Source: an uncultured Actinomycetes bacterium (GTDB lineage: Bacteria; Actinomycetota; Thermoleophilia; RBG-16-64-13). From it: a stretch of 64,000 nt of DNA. This document shows, piece after piece, positions 32,530 to 42,377 of the stretch; positions within the stretch are counted from its first letter, which is position 1; the number at the start of each line of letters is the position of its first letter. The notes under the pieces are model-generated. The model had not been told where the DNA came from. It was given only the letters and a program-made list of their open reading frames with translations, and ran no database searches. The stretch lies in assembly GCA_963841735.1 (NCBI GenBank), contig CAWJDT010000001.1, positions 1,184,001 to 1,248,000 of the forward strand, written 5' to 3'. The position numbers and the translations under genes were made by a program.

Positions 32530-33905
32530 TACTCGGACAGCGAGAACGGCGGGTACTGGTCGGTGATCAGCAAGATCGCGTAGGCATCCACCCTGAGCGT
32601 CCAACGGTTCACCCCGACCACGTAGTCGAAGAGGCCGCGGGGGTACCGGCCCGTGAACAGGATGGCGAACCAGGCGATGATGGTGCACACTGCCACTCCG
32701 ATCCACAGGAAGAACAGAACGATGTAATGCGGCACAGCCAACAGCCATTTGATGAGAGGCAGCCCTTGGCTCAGTTGCTGCGCATCGGGATAGGAGAAGT
32801 CAAGGTGGACCGCCTGCTCCTCGTCGGTGGACGGGTACTCATCTCGCAACAGTTGACCATAGACCGTGACCCGCATCAGAAAACGCGTCAAGTTGAGGTT
32901 CCAGTCGAACCACCAGCGGGGGTACTTCTGGCGGAAAAGGATCATCAGCAGGATGGGGAAGAAGAGAAGACCGCCCACCGCCCACGACCAAGAGTAGTCC
33001 GTGCCGTGCGCAGAGATGGTCCCCGACCCGATGAGGCCGGCGATGATCCCAATGGGGATGATCCATAGGCAACGGAAGAAGGTGGAAAGCCTATTGAGCC
33101 CTCTCTCGGGATAATCTACCCTGAAGGAGAGCGGGTACGTGGAGTTCGGGGAGACCTGCGTCCCAGGCTCTTGCGTGGTCTGAGACGGTGGTGTGGTCTG
33201 CGTAATCGCGGGTCCGGATGGGGATGCGGGACGGGCCCGCCGTGAGCCTAGGATGATGAGAAGGATTCCGAGACCGAGAAGGACCACGCCGCCGACGGTG
33301 ATGCCTATGGCGATGTACAGCAGAGCTCCAAACCGCGCCCCCAGGGTCACGTCGGCGGTGACGTGTGCACTCCCGTCAGCGTTCATCATCACCGCGGTCC
33401 ATTTGCCGGGCTCTACCGGCCATTCGAGCGTCTGGTTGCCCAGGCCTTCCTGCGAGGCCACCCAGAAGTCCTGGTCCCCGGGTGCTGACCCAGGTGCCCC
33501 TCCGTCAGCGTGAAGATAGTCGATCGACGAGTGCCACGGGGTGAAACCGCCCACCTGAACTACGTCATGGGCAACACCCGCTAGATAGTCAGAGACTTGA
33601 TCGGTGGGACCTATTCCGATGAAGAGCGGAGTCTCGTCGGTTGGCTCTGTGTGGATGCGCACCGCCGCCGCACCCCCCTTCGGGACCCACGTCCAAGCCC
33701 AAGGCTCTGAGCCCAGGTCCACATCGGGAGTGATCAGAGCATACGCGCTTGTGGTGATCATCCGGCTTGGCGAATCGTAGAAGCCGTCGGAGTCTCGCTG
33801 CGTACCGTGCAACCACAGCAAGAATCCCCCCGGGAGGGCGAGAGCCAGACCGATGAGGACCAGCAGAACGCCCCCTACGATCGCCGCTATCTTGGCAGGC
33901 CTCAT
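32529..33905 (-). CDS. DUF4389-like membrane protein
   Basis: AAGGAG SD; LFRQKYPRWWFD, KWLLAVPHY, LFTGRYPRGLFD, TDQYPPFSL. Confidence 0.8.
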   Translation of the reverse strand: MRPAKIAAIVGGVLLVLIGLALALPGGFLLWLHGTQRDSDGFYDSPSRMITTSAYALITPDVDLGSEPWAWTWVPKGGAAAVRIHTEPTDETPLFIGIGPTDQVSDYLAGVAHDVVQVGGFTPWHSSIDYLHADGGAPGSAPGDQDFWVASQEGLGNQTLEWPVEPGKWTAVMMNADGSAHVTADVTLGARFGALLYIAIGITVGGVVLLGLGILLIILGSRRARPASPSGPAITQTTPPSQTTQEPGTQVSPNSTYPLSFRVDYPERGLNRLSTFFRCLWIIPIGIIAGLIGSGTISAHGTDYSWSWAVGGLLFFPILLMILFRQKYPRWWFDWNLNLTRFLMRVTVYGQLLRDEYPSTDEEQAVHLDFSYPDAQQLSQGLPLIKWLLAVPHYIVLFFLWIGVAVCTIIAWFAILFTGRYPRGLFDYVVGVNRWTLRVDAYAILLITDQYPPFSLSE

Positions 33906-34277
33906 GATTCGTCTCCTTCTTGTTGGGGTCTTGTTGTTTCCAGTGTGGCGCATGGGCCATTGGGGCGAATCCGGCGACCGGACAGTCTTAAGGTGGCTGA
34001 GTGGGGGGTCTTAGACCTGGCCATCTGGAGAGGTGGCCTCCAGCAGCAGCGCCCCCTGCTGCGAAGAGCACACATGGCGGACCTCCCATACGATGTTGCT
34101 CTGACTACCATATCAGCGGCGCGGCGGCAGTTCTTAACCCATCGGGGGTGCGCGGCCAATGAGTTTCCACCCGAAGTGTGAGAGACTTTTTGACGTATTG
34201 CTTATGAGAAGCATCCCATTCTGTACGAGGCGTGCGTGAGTTTCGGGAGAACACGGGTTTCGCGAGGAGGTCGCGTT

Positions 34278-34934
34278 ATGTTGGTATTGAGGTGGCTTTG
34301 GCGAGTGATCCTGCTGCTGACGGTCGGCTGCTTCATCACAACGATCTACTACATGAGCCACAACGTCGACATGGACTCGGCTCTGCCGGCGCTGAATGTG
34401 GCGGGGGTTGCGGGTGTCGCGCTTCTGGGCGTTATCTGGGCGGCCGCCCGGCGGTACTGGTATGCACTCATCATGCTCGCGTCGTTGGGACTGCTCAGGG
34501 GACTGTTCAACGATGAGCTGCTCACCGAATTCCAGTCGGAGTGGATACTCTATTCCGCGGGTTTTGTGGTCTTCGTTCTGTTGGTGGTCTTGATGACGCG
34601 GGTGCTCAAATCGGACCACTCAAATCGTGCCGCGGCGGCGGCTTATGCGGCCGCGCACCCGGCGATGCAGAGCGGTACTGCAATGGTCGCGGCTCCGGTG
34701 GCGGCTCCGGTGGCGGCTCCGGCCGCGGCTCCGGCCTTCGTGGTGATTGAGCCGGCGTCAACCGCGGCCAAGCTGGTGCCCCCACCGGTTTGGGCGCCCA
34801 GTGATCCTGAGGCCGTGCCGGCGTCGGGAGCGGCAGCGGAAGCTGTGACCGAGGTCAAGCCTCCCAAGAAGGCCGCCACGAAAGCTGCCGCGGCCACCAA
34901 GCCGCCCGCCGCCGACAAACCCGTCAAGGAATGA
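34278..34934 (+). CDS. 4-TM membrane protein with Ala/Pro/Lys-rich tail
   Basis: GGAGG SD; hydrophobic N-half; GCGGCTCCGG repeats encoding VAAP. Confidence 0.65.
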   Translation: MLVLRWLWRVILLLTVGCFITTIYYMSHNVDMDSALPALNVAGVAGVALLGVIWAAARRYWYALIMLASLGLLRGLFNDELLTEFQSEWILYSAGFVVFVLLVVLMTRVLKSDHSNRAAAAAYAAAHPAMQSGTAMVAAPVAAPVAAPAAAPAFVVIEPASTAAKLVPPPVWAPSDPEAVPASGAAAEAVTEVKPPKKAATKAAAATKPPAADKPVKE

Positions 34935-34964
34935 CCGAGCGGACTGGGGGCGGCCCCGCAACAG

Positions 34965-34993
34965 AAAGGGCCCCGGTTTCCCAGGGCCCTCTT
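34965..34993. terminator. Terminator hairpin between convergent genes (end of hydrogenase operon)
   Basis: AGGGCCC...GGGCCCT stem flanked by AAA and CTT. Confidence 0.55.
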
Positions 34994-35042
34994 GTGTTGC
35001 GGTCTGATTGCAGCACAGCTGGGAGAGCGCAGGCTCTCTAGC

Positions 35043-36971
35043 CTACTTGATGTGTTTGCCCCGGTTCACGTAGTGGGTGTGCAGCAGCTCGTGGCTCTTG
35101 TGACCGCAGGGGCCGTCGGTGAGGAACTCCTTGTAAACCCGCAGCACCGCAGGGTTCTCGTACGACTTGCGCACGGTCATCTGCCGGTCTTCGCCGTAGA
35201 TGGCTCTGGCGCGGGCCGCCCGGATCTCCTTGTTGGTAGGCATGGGCTGACCGCCGCCGCCCAGGCAGCCGCCCGGGCAGGCCATGAACTCGATGAAGTG
35301 GCACTCGCTGAATTTGCCGCCGGCCTTGATATCTTCCATGACCTTGTGGGCGTTCGCCGTGCCGTGGGCCACGGCCACCTTGAGGGTGGCGCCCTTCAGC
35401 CAGTTCCAATTGGGCACCAGGTGCTTGAGCAGGTCGGGCACCGGGCCGACTTCGCTAACGGTGACCTCGGCGTAGCGTACGCCCTCGAAGCCCCGTACCG
35501 GCATGATGTCGCCGTGCTCGAAGATGGATTCCACCTTCTTGCCGGTCACCAGTTCGAGCACCGTTCGCAGTGCCGACTCCATGACTCCACCGGTGGCTCC
35601 GAAGATGAGTCCCGAACCGGTGGCGCCTCCGAACGGATCGTCGAAGTCGGTTCTAGGCAGTGAAGGCACGTCCAGCCCGGCCTGCCGGAACATGGCTCCG
35701 AGCTCCCGGGTGGTGAGTCCGAAGTCGACGTCCTGATAGCCGCTGGCGTTCATCTCCGGGCGGTTGCATTCGAACTTCTTGGCCGAGCAGGGCATGATGG
35801 CCACGCTGACGATGTCGGCCGGGTTCACGCCCATCTTCTCGGCGTAGAAGGTCTTGATGAGAGCCCCGAACATCTGCTGTGGGCTCTTTGCCGTGGACAG
35901 ATTGGGGATGAACTCGGGATAGAAGTGCTCACAATACTTGACCCACCCCGGCGAGCAACTGGTGAACTGCGGGAGGGCCATGGAAGCGTCGCCCTCCACC
36001 AGGGCCTTGTAGAGCCGGAGGATAAGCTCGGTGCCCTCTTCGATGATGGTGAGGTCGGCTGTGAAGTTGGTGTCGAACACGTGGTCGAAGCCCATGCGCT
36101 TGAGCGCGGTGTTCATCTGATAGGTGACGGTAGTTCCAGGCTCCAGGCCGAACATCTCGCCCATTGCCGCCCGGGGGGACGGAGCCGTCTGGACGATCAC
36201 GTGCTTGGTGGGATCGTCGAGCGCCTTCCATACCGGGGCCAGCGCCGGGTTGGCGTACAGGGCCGCGGTGGGGCAGCGGTTGATGCACTGCCCGCAGTTG
36301 ATGCAGACGGCCTCGATGAGTGGGATGTGCTCGAAGGTGGAGACCTCCACCTTGTTCGAGCGGTTGAGGACCTCCAGCACCCCCACCTCCTGCATGTCGA
36401 TGCAGGTGCGCACGCAACGCCGGCAGCGGATGCACTTGTTCATGTCGCGGACCACCGAGAAACTCGAGTCGTCCACGGGCACCGGGTTCTCCACGTGGCC
36501 GAAGCGGAACTTGTCGACCCCGTACTCCTCGGCCAGGGCCTGGAGCTCGCAGTGGCCGTTGCGGATGCACGCGTAGCAGTCGCCGCAGTGCTCGGAGAGC
36601 AGCAGGTCGAGCACGTGGCGGCGGGCGATGCGCACGGCCTTGGAATAGGTGTTGACCTTGATGGGCGCGGTGATGGGGTAGGCACACGAGGCCTGAAGGG
36701 TCCGCTGTCCTTCTACCTCTACCACGCAGATGCGGCAGATGCCGGCGACTTCGAGGTCGGGGTGATAGCACAGGGTGGGGATGCGCACTCCGATGCTCTT
36801 GGCCGCCTCGAGGATGGTGGTGCCCATGGGCACTTTGGTCTCGATGCCATCGATGGTGACATGCACTGTGGCGCCGAGGGCACCCGGAGCCGTCTGCTCC
36901 GGTTCAAGATCGGGCTGGAAAAGTTGGCTGAGTGGGGCGCGCCTGGTTGGCAGCGTGGATTTATCGGGCAT
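35043..36971 (-). CDS. hydA: [FeFe]-hydrogenase catalytic subunit, group A (copy 1)
   Basis: [2Fe-2S] (PTLC..ICRIC..SC), His-ligated cluster (HCGDC..C), 2x[4Fe-4S]; H-cluster motifs FTSCSPGW, MPCSAKKFEC, EFMACPGGCLGGGGQP; LLHT end. Confidence 0.96.
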   Translation of the reverse strand: MPDKSTLPTRRAPLSQLFQPDLEPEQTAPGALGATVHVTIDGIETKVPMGTTILEAAKSIGVRIPTLCYHPDLEVAGICRICVVEVEGQRTLQASCAYPITAPIKVNTYSKAVRIARRHVLDLLLSEHCGDCYACIRNGHCELQALAEEYGVDKFRFGHVENPVPVDDSSFSVVRDMNKCIRCRRCVRTCIDMQEVGVLEVLNRSNKVEVSTFEHIPLIEAVCINCGQCINRCPTAALYANPALAPVWKALDDPTKHVIVQTAPSPRAAMGEMFGLEPGTTVTYQMNTALKRMGFDHVFDTNFTADLTIIEEGTELILRLYKALVEGDASMALPQFTSCSPGWVKYCEHFYPEFIPNLSTAKSPQQMFGALIKTFYAEKMGVNPADIVSVAIMPCSAKKFECNRPEMNASGYQDVDFGLTTRELGAMFRQAGLDVPSLPRTDFDDPFGGATGSGLIFGATGGVMESALRTVLELVTGKKVESIFEHGDIMPVRGFEGVRYAEVTVSEVGPVPDLLKHLVPNWNWLKGATLKVAVAHGTANAHKVMEDIKAGGKFSECHFIEFMACPGGCLGGGGQPMPTNKEIRAARARAIYGEDRQMTVRKSYENPAVLRVYKEFLTDGPCGHKSHELLHTHYVNRGKHIK

Positions 36972-38151
36972 GGATCTCATCTCCGAAATGCTCGAGGATG
37001 GACATGAAGGCCACGGAGCTGGTCTGTCCCAACCCGCATTTGGAGGCGACCTGCATGGTGTTGGCGAGTCCCTTGAGTTCTTCCAGATACTCCGCGGTGC
37101 AGGTGCCCGCTTTGAGCATCTCCACGCCTTCGAGCAACTTGCCGTTGCCCACCCGGCAGGGGGTGCATTGGCCGCACGACTCATCCACAAAGAAGTCCAG
37201 CAGGTTGTGAGCCAGAGCGAGCATGTCCCTGTCGGGGCCGATGACTATGACCGAGCCTCCGGTGGGGATGTCCTCAAAGGCCAGCCTGCGCTCGAAGTCC
37301 TTCTTGGGAACGCACCTGCCCGAGGCTCCCCCTATCTGCACGGCCTTGGCCTGTTCGCCGCCCACTTCTTTCAGCAGTTCGGCCACGGTGATACCAAACG
37401 GGAACTGGTAGACCCCGGGTCGCTCGCAGTCGCCGGAGATGCTGAACAGCTTGTGGCCGGCCGAATTGTCGGTGCCGAAGCTCAGGAACCACTCGGCGCC
37501 GTTGCGGATGATGCAGGGCACCCAGGCCAGGGTCTCGACGTTGTTGACCACCGACGGGCGGTTGAGGAAGCCCGATACCACCGGGAAGGGCGGCCGGTTG
37601 CGGGGTTCACCTCGAAAGCCTTCGAGCGACTCGATGAGGGCCGTCTCCTCGCCGCAGACGTAGGCGCCTGCGCCCATGGCCACCATGATGTTGAAGTTGA
37701 AACCCTCGATACCGCCGATGTTCTGGCCCAGAAGTCCTTCGGTCTCGCGCCGTTTGATGACTTCGCTGAGATGGGGCTTCAGATAGGCGTACTCGGCGCG
37801 GAGGTAGATGAGACCCAGCGGGGCGCCGATGGCTCGGGCCCCTATGGTCATGCCCTCCATGACTAGGTCGGCATACTCGCTAAGGATGAGCCGGTCTTTG
37901 AAGGTGCCGGGCTCGCCCTCGTCGGCGTTGCACATGATGTACTTGGGACCGCGCTTCTCGGCCGCGGCGAAGTTCCATTTGATGCCTGTGGGGAAGCCGG
38001 CCCCGCCGCGCCCCTTCAGCTTGGAGTCGCGGATGGTGTCGATGATGTCGCCTCGGGACATGGCCAACGCCATCTTCAGGCCGTCGCCCGGCGGTACCTT
38101 CTCGAAGCAGAGCTCGTTGCGGGCGTTCTTCACCGCGATGTCGGCGCTCAT
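36961..38151 (-). CDS. hydB: Short NuoF/HoxF-like FMN/NADH subunit
   Basis: GRGGAGFPTG, NADEGEPGTFKDR, GAYVCGEET, ESCGQCTPCR..CGLG; no N-terminal thioredoxin or C-terminal ferredoxin domain. Confidence 0.9.
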   Translation of the reverse strand: MSADIAVKNARNELCFEKVPPGDGLKMALAMSRGDIIDTIRDSKLKGRGGAGFPTGIKWNFAAAEKRGPKYIMCNADEGEPGTFKDRLILSEYADLVMEGMTIGARAIGAPLGLIYLRAEYAYLKPHLSEVIKRRETEGLLGQNIGGIEGFNFNIMVAMGAGAYVCGEETALIESLEGFRGEPRNRPPFPVVSGFLNRPSVVNNVETLAWVPCIIRNGAEWFLSFGTDNSAGHKLFSISGDCERPGVYQFPFGITVAELLKEVGGEQAKAVQIGGASGRCVPKKDFERRLAFEDIPTGGSVIVIGPDRDMLALAHNLLDFFVDESCGQCTPCRVGNGKLLEGVEMLKAGTCTAEYLEELKGLANTMQVASKCGLGQTSSVAFMSILEHFGDEIHAR

Positions 38152-38669
38152 GAGGCACCTCCCGCGCTCGGCGCGGCGGCAGGGCCCTGCTGCCGCTTGC
38201 GGTAGTCGGCGACGACGGTGCTGACCTTGGCGGGCGTGAGCTTGGTGTAGATCTCCTCGTTCACCAGCATGGCCGGGCCCTGGTCGCACATGCCCATGCA
38301 GTTGGCCCACTCGAGGCTGAAGGCTCCGTCGCCGGTGATCTCGCCGAAGCCTATGCCGAGTTCCCGCTGCAGTCGCTCGGCCACCTCGTTCTTGCCGGCC
38401 AGCTCGCAGGAGTACGTGCGGCACAGCCGGAAGACGAACGCCCCTTGGGCATCCGGGGGGATGAAGGAATAGAAGGTCGAGACCGCGTGTACTTCCACCG
38501 GGTGGATGCTGAGCACGTCGGCGATGACCTGCATGGTGTCGCTGTCGAGTTCGCGGTACTTCTCTTTGACGCTGCGGAGAATGGGGATGAGCGAGGCGCG
38601 GCTGAAGTTGGTGCGGGCCGCGACTTCCTCTACCTCTTTGCGTAGTTGGGCCGTATCAGTGACTGCCAT
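38148..38669 (-). CDS. hydC: NuoE-like [2Fe-2S] subunit
   Basis: VSTFYSF, CRTYSC, CMGMCDQGP. Confidence 0.88.
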   Translation of the reverse strand: MAVTDTAQLRKEVEEVAARTNFSRASLIPILRSVKEKYRELDSDTMQVIADVLSIHPVEVHAVSTFYSFIPPDAQGAFVFRLCRTYSCELAGKNEVAERLQRELGIGFGEITGDGAFSLEWANCMGMCDQGPAMLVNEEIYTKLTPAKVSTVVADYRKRQQGPAAAPSAGGAS

Positions 38670-39052
38670 CAGGCGTCCTCCGACCTTGCCAGGAGCATCC
38701 TGACCTTCTGGATCAGGGTGGCGGGGTCTACCGGCTTTTCCAGGAACTCGTCCACCGGCACCATCTCGTCGTCTTTGCCGATCTGAATGCCCATGGCCCG
38801 GTTGACGCTGGTGAGCATGAGTATGGGGAGGGTCTTGCCCTCGCGCCGTGCTCTGCGGGCGAAGCGCAGGCCGTCATCGGCCTCCTCCATCATGACGTCA
38901 AGGATAAGCAGGTCGGGCCCGATCTCGTCCAGTTTGGCCAGCCCGCTCTCATAGTTGGGGGCGCTCTCCACCGAATACCCCTCGCGTTCGAGGACGATCC
39001 GGCCGGCCTCGACCATATCCGGATCGTCGTCCACTATCAGGATCTTAGACAC
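38669..39052 (-). CDS. Single-domain response regulator
   Basis: ILIVDDD, LLILDVMM, MLTS, KPVD. Confidence 0.92.
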   Translation of the reverse strand: MSKILIVDDDPDMVEAGRIVLEREGYSVESAPNYESGLAKLDEIGPDLLILDVMMEEADDGLRFARRARREGKTLPILMLTSVNRAMGIQIGKDDEMVPVDEFLEKPVDPATLIQKVRMLLARSEDA

Positions 39053-39143
39053 CGCTGCACTCCCTCTCTAGCTCTTCGACTCTCCGCCGGCGGGGCAGCG
39101 CGCCTTGGCTGCCCGCCCCAATAGAAGCAATTCGCATAGTATT

Positions 39144-40355
39144 TCAGCCCCCAGCCCGTCGCGCGCCCACAGGCGTGGACGCCGGCGTTTCGGTGAGCGC
39201 CACCGTGTCGGGGGCCGCCGGGGCATCGGGAGCGGCGTCGCGCAGGGTGACCGTGAAAATACTGCCCGAGCCCCTCTCGCTATTGACCGAGGCGTCGCCG
39301 CCGTACATCTGTGCCAACTTGCGCACCGTCGAGAGCCCCAGTCCGCTGCCGAGGACCTTGATGGTGTCCTCGTTCTTGATGCGGACGAACTCGTTGAAAA
39401 GCTTCGCGCTCTCTTCGGGGGTCATGCCGATGCCGGTGTCGGCCACCTCGAGTCTCACCGCGTCGTCTTCCCGCTTCAGGGACACGGTGACGCTGCCGCC
39501 GTCGCGGTTGTATTTGACCGCGTTGGAGACCAGGTTGTCGAGCACTATCTCCACTTCGCTGGGATCGGCCGCCATTTCCACGGGTCGCGGAGCGCGCATT
39601 GTGATCTTGATGCCGCGTTCGGTCGCTTCGCCGGCGAAGAGATCGATGGTCCGCCGGGCGATGGCCCGCACATCCACTTGAGCGAACTGGCGGGCCTTCT
39701 GCCCCGACTCGATGCGTGTGAGGTCCAGAAGGTCGAATATGAGCTTGCGCATGCCGTCAAGGCGCAGCAGGCTGCGGTCGATCATCTGCCGGCGCTCGGG
39801 GGACTCGTCGCTCTGCAGTATCTTCAGGTATCCCTCGATGGCGTTGAGTGGGGCCTTGAGTTCGTGTGACAACACCGAGATGAAGTTGAAGCGTACCTGA
39901 CGCTGCTCCTCGGCCAGCCTGCGGGCCTCCCGGCTGGTGATGATCTGCTCGGTGGCCTTGCGTGCGCTGTAGCGGAGCTCCTCGGGCGAGAAGGGCTTGG
40001 CCAGAAAGTCGAAGGCCCCCAGTTTGGTGGACTGCACGGCCGTGTCGAAGGTGGCGTAGGCGGTGATCATGATGGTGGTGATCGTGCTCCCCTGACGGCT
40101 CAACTCAGCAAGGATATCCATGCCGCTCATGCCGGGAAGCTTGAGATCAAGCAGCAGTAGGTCGTACTCGTTGCCGGCGGCCGTGCTATCGAGAAATTCC
40201 TCTCCGTTGGCGAAATGGGAGTAGGAGTAGGTGACGTCCACGTCGACCGCGTCCACACGTACGCGGTACTTGGTCAGGATGCGGCGGACCGCCATGCTGA
40301 GCTGCACCTCGTCATCTACCATGGCCACTCTGAGTGTTTGGGCGGAGCCGGGCAT
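39144..40355 (-). CDS. Hybrid REC-HisKA-HATPase histidine kinase
   Basis: REC (VDDE, LLDLKLPG, KPF); SHELKAPL; NLVSNAVKY, DTGIGM, GSGLGL. Confidence 0.93.
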   Translation of the reverse strand: MPGSAQTLRVAMVDDEVQLSMAVRRILTKYRVRVDAVDVDVTYSYSHFANGEEFLDSTAAGNEYDLLLLDLKLPGMSGMDILAELSRQGSTITTIMITAYATFDTAVQSTKLGAFDFLAKPFSPEELRYSARKATEQIITSREARRLAEEQRQVRFNFISVLSHELKAPLNAIEGYLKILQSDESPERRQMIDRSLLRLDGMRKLIFDLLDLTRIESGQKARQFAQVDVRAIARRTIDLFAGEATERGIKITMRAPRPVEMAADPSEVEIVLDNLVSNAVKYNRDGGSVTVSLKREDDAVRLEVADTGIGMTPEESAKLFNEFVRIKNEDTIKVLGSGLGLSTVRKLAQMYGGDASVNSERGSGSIFTVTLRDAAPDAPAAPDTVALTETPASTPVGARRAGG

Positions 40356-42377
40356 CTATCGTCCCCCGTTCTCTTCGTGTCGCGGTAGGCTCACAGTCAA
40401 TGAAGTCCAGGTGGGACCGGTCGACCGATCGGCGTTGGATTCCGCCCCGACGTGTCCCTTGTGCATCTTGACGATGCCGTGGGTGACGGCCAGGCCCAGG
40501 CCGGTGCCCATGCCCAGCGGCTTGGTGCTGAAGAACGGGTCGAACAGATTGGGCATGTTCTCTGGGAGGATGCCCTGTCCGGTGTCGGTGACCTTGACGG
40601 TGACGGTATCCGGATCGTCGCTCAGAGCGATGGTGAGCGTGCCGCCCTCCGGCATGGCGTGCAGGGAGTTCGAGAAGAGGTTGGCGAACACCTGCACCAT
40701 CTGGTCCGGGTCGATGTCGGCTATGGGAGCGGAGAGGTGGTTCTGAAGCTTCACCTCCACGTTGTCGGCCCATGGCATGGTGCGGATAGTCCTCTCCACC
40801 AACTCAGCTATGTCGGTGGGTTGGCGGAGCAGCCGGCTCTGGCGGGAGAAGTTGAGCAGGCCCGAGATGATGCGCTTGCAGCGGTTGGCCTGGTCGACAA
40901 TTATCGCCAGGTCTTCCTTGATCTCGGAGTCGGCCTCGCACTCCTCCAGCAGAAGATTGGCGTGCAGTAGCAGTGTGCCAAGGGGGTTGTTGACCTCGTG
41001 GGCGATGCCGGCCGCAAGCTGGCCCATGCTGGCCAACTTGCCGGACCTCTCCAGGGCTTCTTTTGCCTCCTCGAGCGTGCGGTGCGACACCTCGAGCTCG
41101 TCGTAGGCAACACGCAACTGCTCGATGGTGTGCGGCAGGCACATCTCTGAATCGGCCAGTCCGGCGTAGACCGCCCGGGCGTGCTCAAGACAGCCGTCGT
41201 AGCCGCAGGCGCCGCAGTTGAGCAGATCCTCGGCCCCGTGCTTGCCCATACGTTGAAGGATGTCTTCTAGTTCCTCTTGCGTGGCCGAATCGCCCAGCGT
41301 CTGCTCGTCGGCGAGGTGCTCCCGAGAAAGGTCGATATAACTGTACTTCTGTACGTTCCCTTCGAACTCCGCCAGTTCTTCGGGTGTGAAGCCGGTCAGG
41401 CGATTCCGGGCGTAGGCGCTTACCAGGGTGCGGCGCTGAAGCATCGAGATGTCGCTGGTCATGCCCGCCCCCATGTAGCAGCCCTTGCAGGCCAGCACGT
41501 CGAGCAGCCGGGTGCCGGCGTGGGACTGGTCGAACTCGCTGATGGTGGCGACGAATTCTTCTTGTCCGTCGGCGATAATGACGTCACCGCTGAGGAGGTC
41601 CTCTTTGATGTGGGCGGTCTGAAGGAGGCCGCCCGGCAGGGGAAAGACCATTCCCACTCCACCGTTGGGGGGGTCGAAGCGGTGGTTCTCTGCGAACGAT
41701 GGCGGCTCGATGCCGCGTTTAGCGAACATAGTTCGCAGTTCGGCGAAGGTGAGCACAGCTTCGATTTCGTGGTGAATGAAGTCCACCGATGCCCTCTTCT
41801 TGGCAATGCAGGGGCCAATGAAGACTACTTTGAGGTCATCGCCCATCTCATGGCGCAGCACCCGGGCGATTGCGACCATGGGCGAGACCAAGGGGGCAAG
41901 ATTGGGTATCAGCCTGGGGTGGTACTTGCGTGCGTACGAAACCACCGCGGGACATGGCGTGGTGATGTAGCGCCCGTTGGGGTTGTCTTCGAGCAGACGT
42001 GTGTAGGCAGCGGCGACTAGGTCGGCGCCCAGCGCCACCTCGTGCACCGAATCGAAGCCTAGCGCCCGAATCATCCCTACCAGGGAGCCGGTAGGTATAT
42101 CCACAAACTCGGCCGGGAAGCTTGGGGCTACGATAGCCGCGACCCGGGAGTCGGACTCTAGTAGGTCGAAGGTGTGTTTGGTGTCATCGCGCACCTGCTT
42201 GGCATTTTGGCTGCATACGCGCAGACAGTTGCCACAGCCGATGCAGCGCGGCTGGATGACTCGGGCTTGGCCATCGACCACTTGGATGGCCTTTGCCGGG
42301 CACTCGCGTACGCAGGCATAACACATGCGGCACTTGTCGGTGACGATGGTGATAAGGGGGTTGTCCCAGGTAGGCAT
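40356..42377 (-). CDS. Sensory [FeFe]-hydrogenase-like (HydS/group C-type) protein fused to histidine kinase
   Basis: 2x[4Fe-4S] N-terminus; VAPSF; degenerate H-motifs ITTPCPA, GPCIAKK, LACKGC; FeS domain NCGACGYDGC..MCLP; AHEVNNPL, DTGQGI, GTGLGL; no TM segments. Confidence 0.88.
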   Translation of the reverse strand: MPTWDNPLITIVTDKCRMCYACVRECPAKAIQVVDGQARVIQPRCIGCGNCLRVCSQNAKQVRDDTKHTFDLLESDSRVAAIVAPSFPAEFVDIPTGSLVGMIRALGFDSVHEVALGADLVAAAYTRLLEDNPNGRYITTPCPAVVSYARKYHPRLIPNLAPLVSPMVAIARVLRHEMGDDLKVVFIGPCIAKKRASVDFIHHEIEAVLTFAELRTMFAKRGIEPPSFAENHRFDPPNGGVGMVFPLPGGLLQTAHIKEDLLSGDVIIADGQEEFVATISEFDQSHAGTRLLDVLACKGCYMGAGMTSDISMLQRRTLVSAYARNRLTGFTPEELAEFEGNVQKYSYIDLSREHLADEQTLGDSATQEELEDILQRMGKHGAEDLLNCGACGYDGCLEHARAVYAGLADSEMCLPHTIEQLRVAYDELEVSHRTLEEAKEALERSGKLASMGQLAAGIAHEVNNPLGTLLLHANLLLEECEADSEIKEDLAIIVDQANRCKRIISGLLNFSRQSRLLRQPTDIAELVERTIRTMPWADNVEVKLQNHLSAPIADIDPDQMVQVFANLFSNSLHAMPEGGTLTIALSDDPDTVTVKVTDTGQGILPENMPNLFDPFFSTKPLGMGTGLGLAVTHGIVKMHKGHVGAESNADRSTGPTWTSLTVSLPRHEENGGR

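Noticed and set aside
33970-34040. c-di-GMP-I riboswitch upstream of the DUF4389 gene (minus strand GGTCTAAG..TAAGAC..GGTCGCC)
   Set aside because: Only the 3' half resembles the motif; the GNRA-capped stem and GCAAA junction are missing
34689-34733. GCGGCTCCGG tandem repeats as a mobile or regulatory repeat
   Set aside because: They simply encode the VAAP low-complexity tail of the membrane protein
35943-35966. TSCSP instead of TSCCP in both HydA proteins as a sign of inactivity
   Set aside because: TSCSP is a common variant in multimeric group A enzymes, and the other H-cluster motifs are intact
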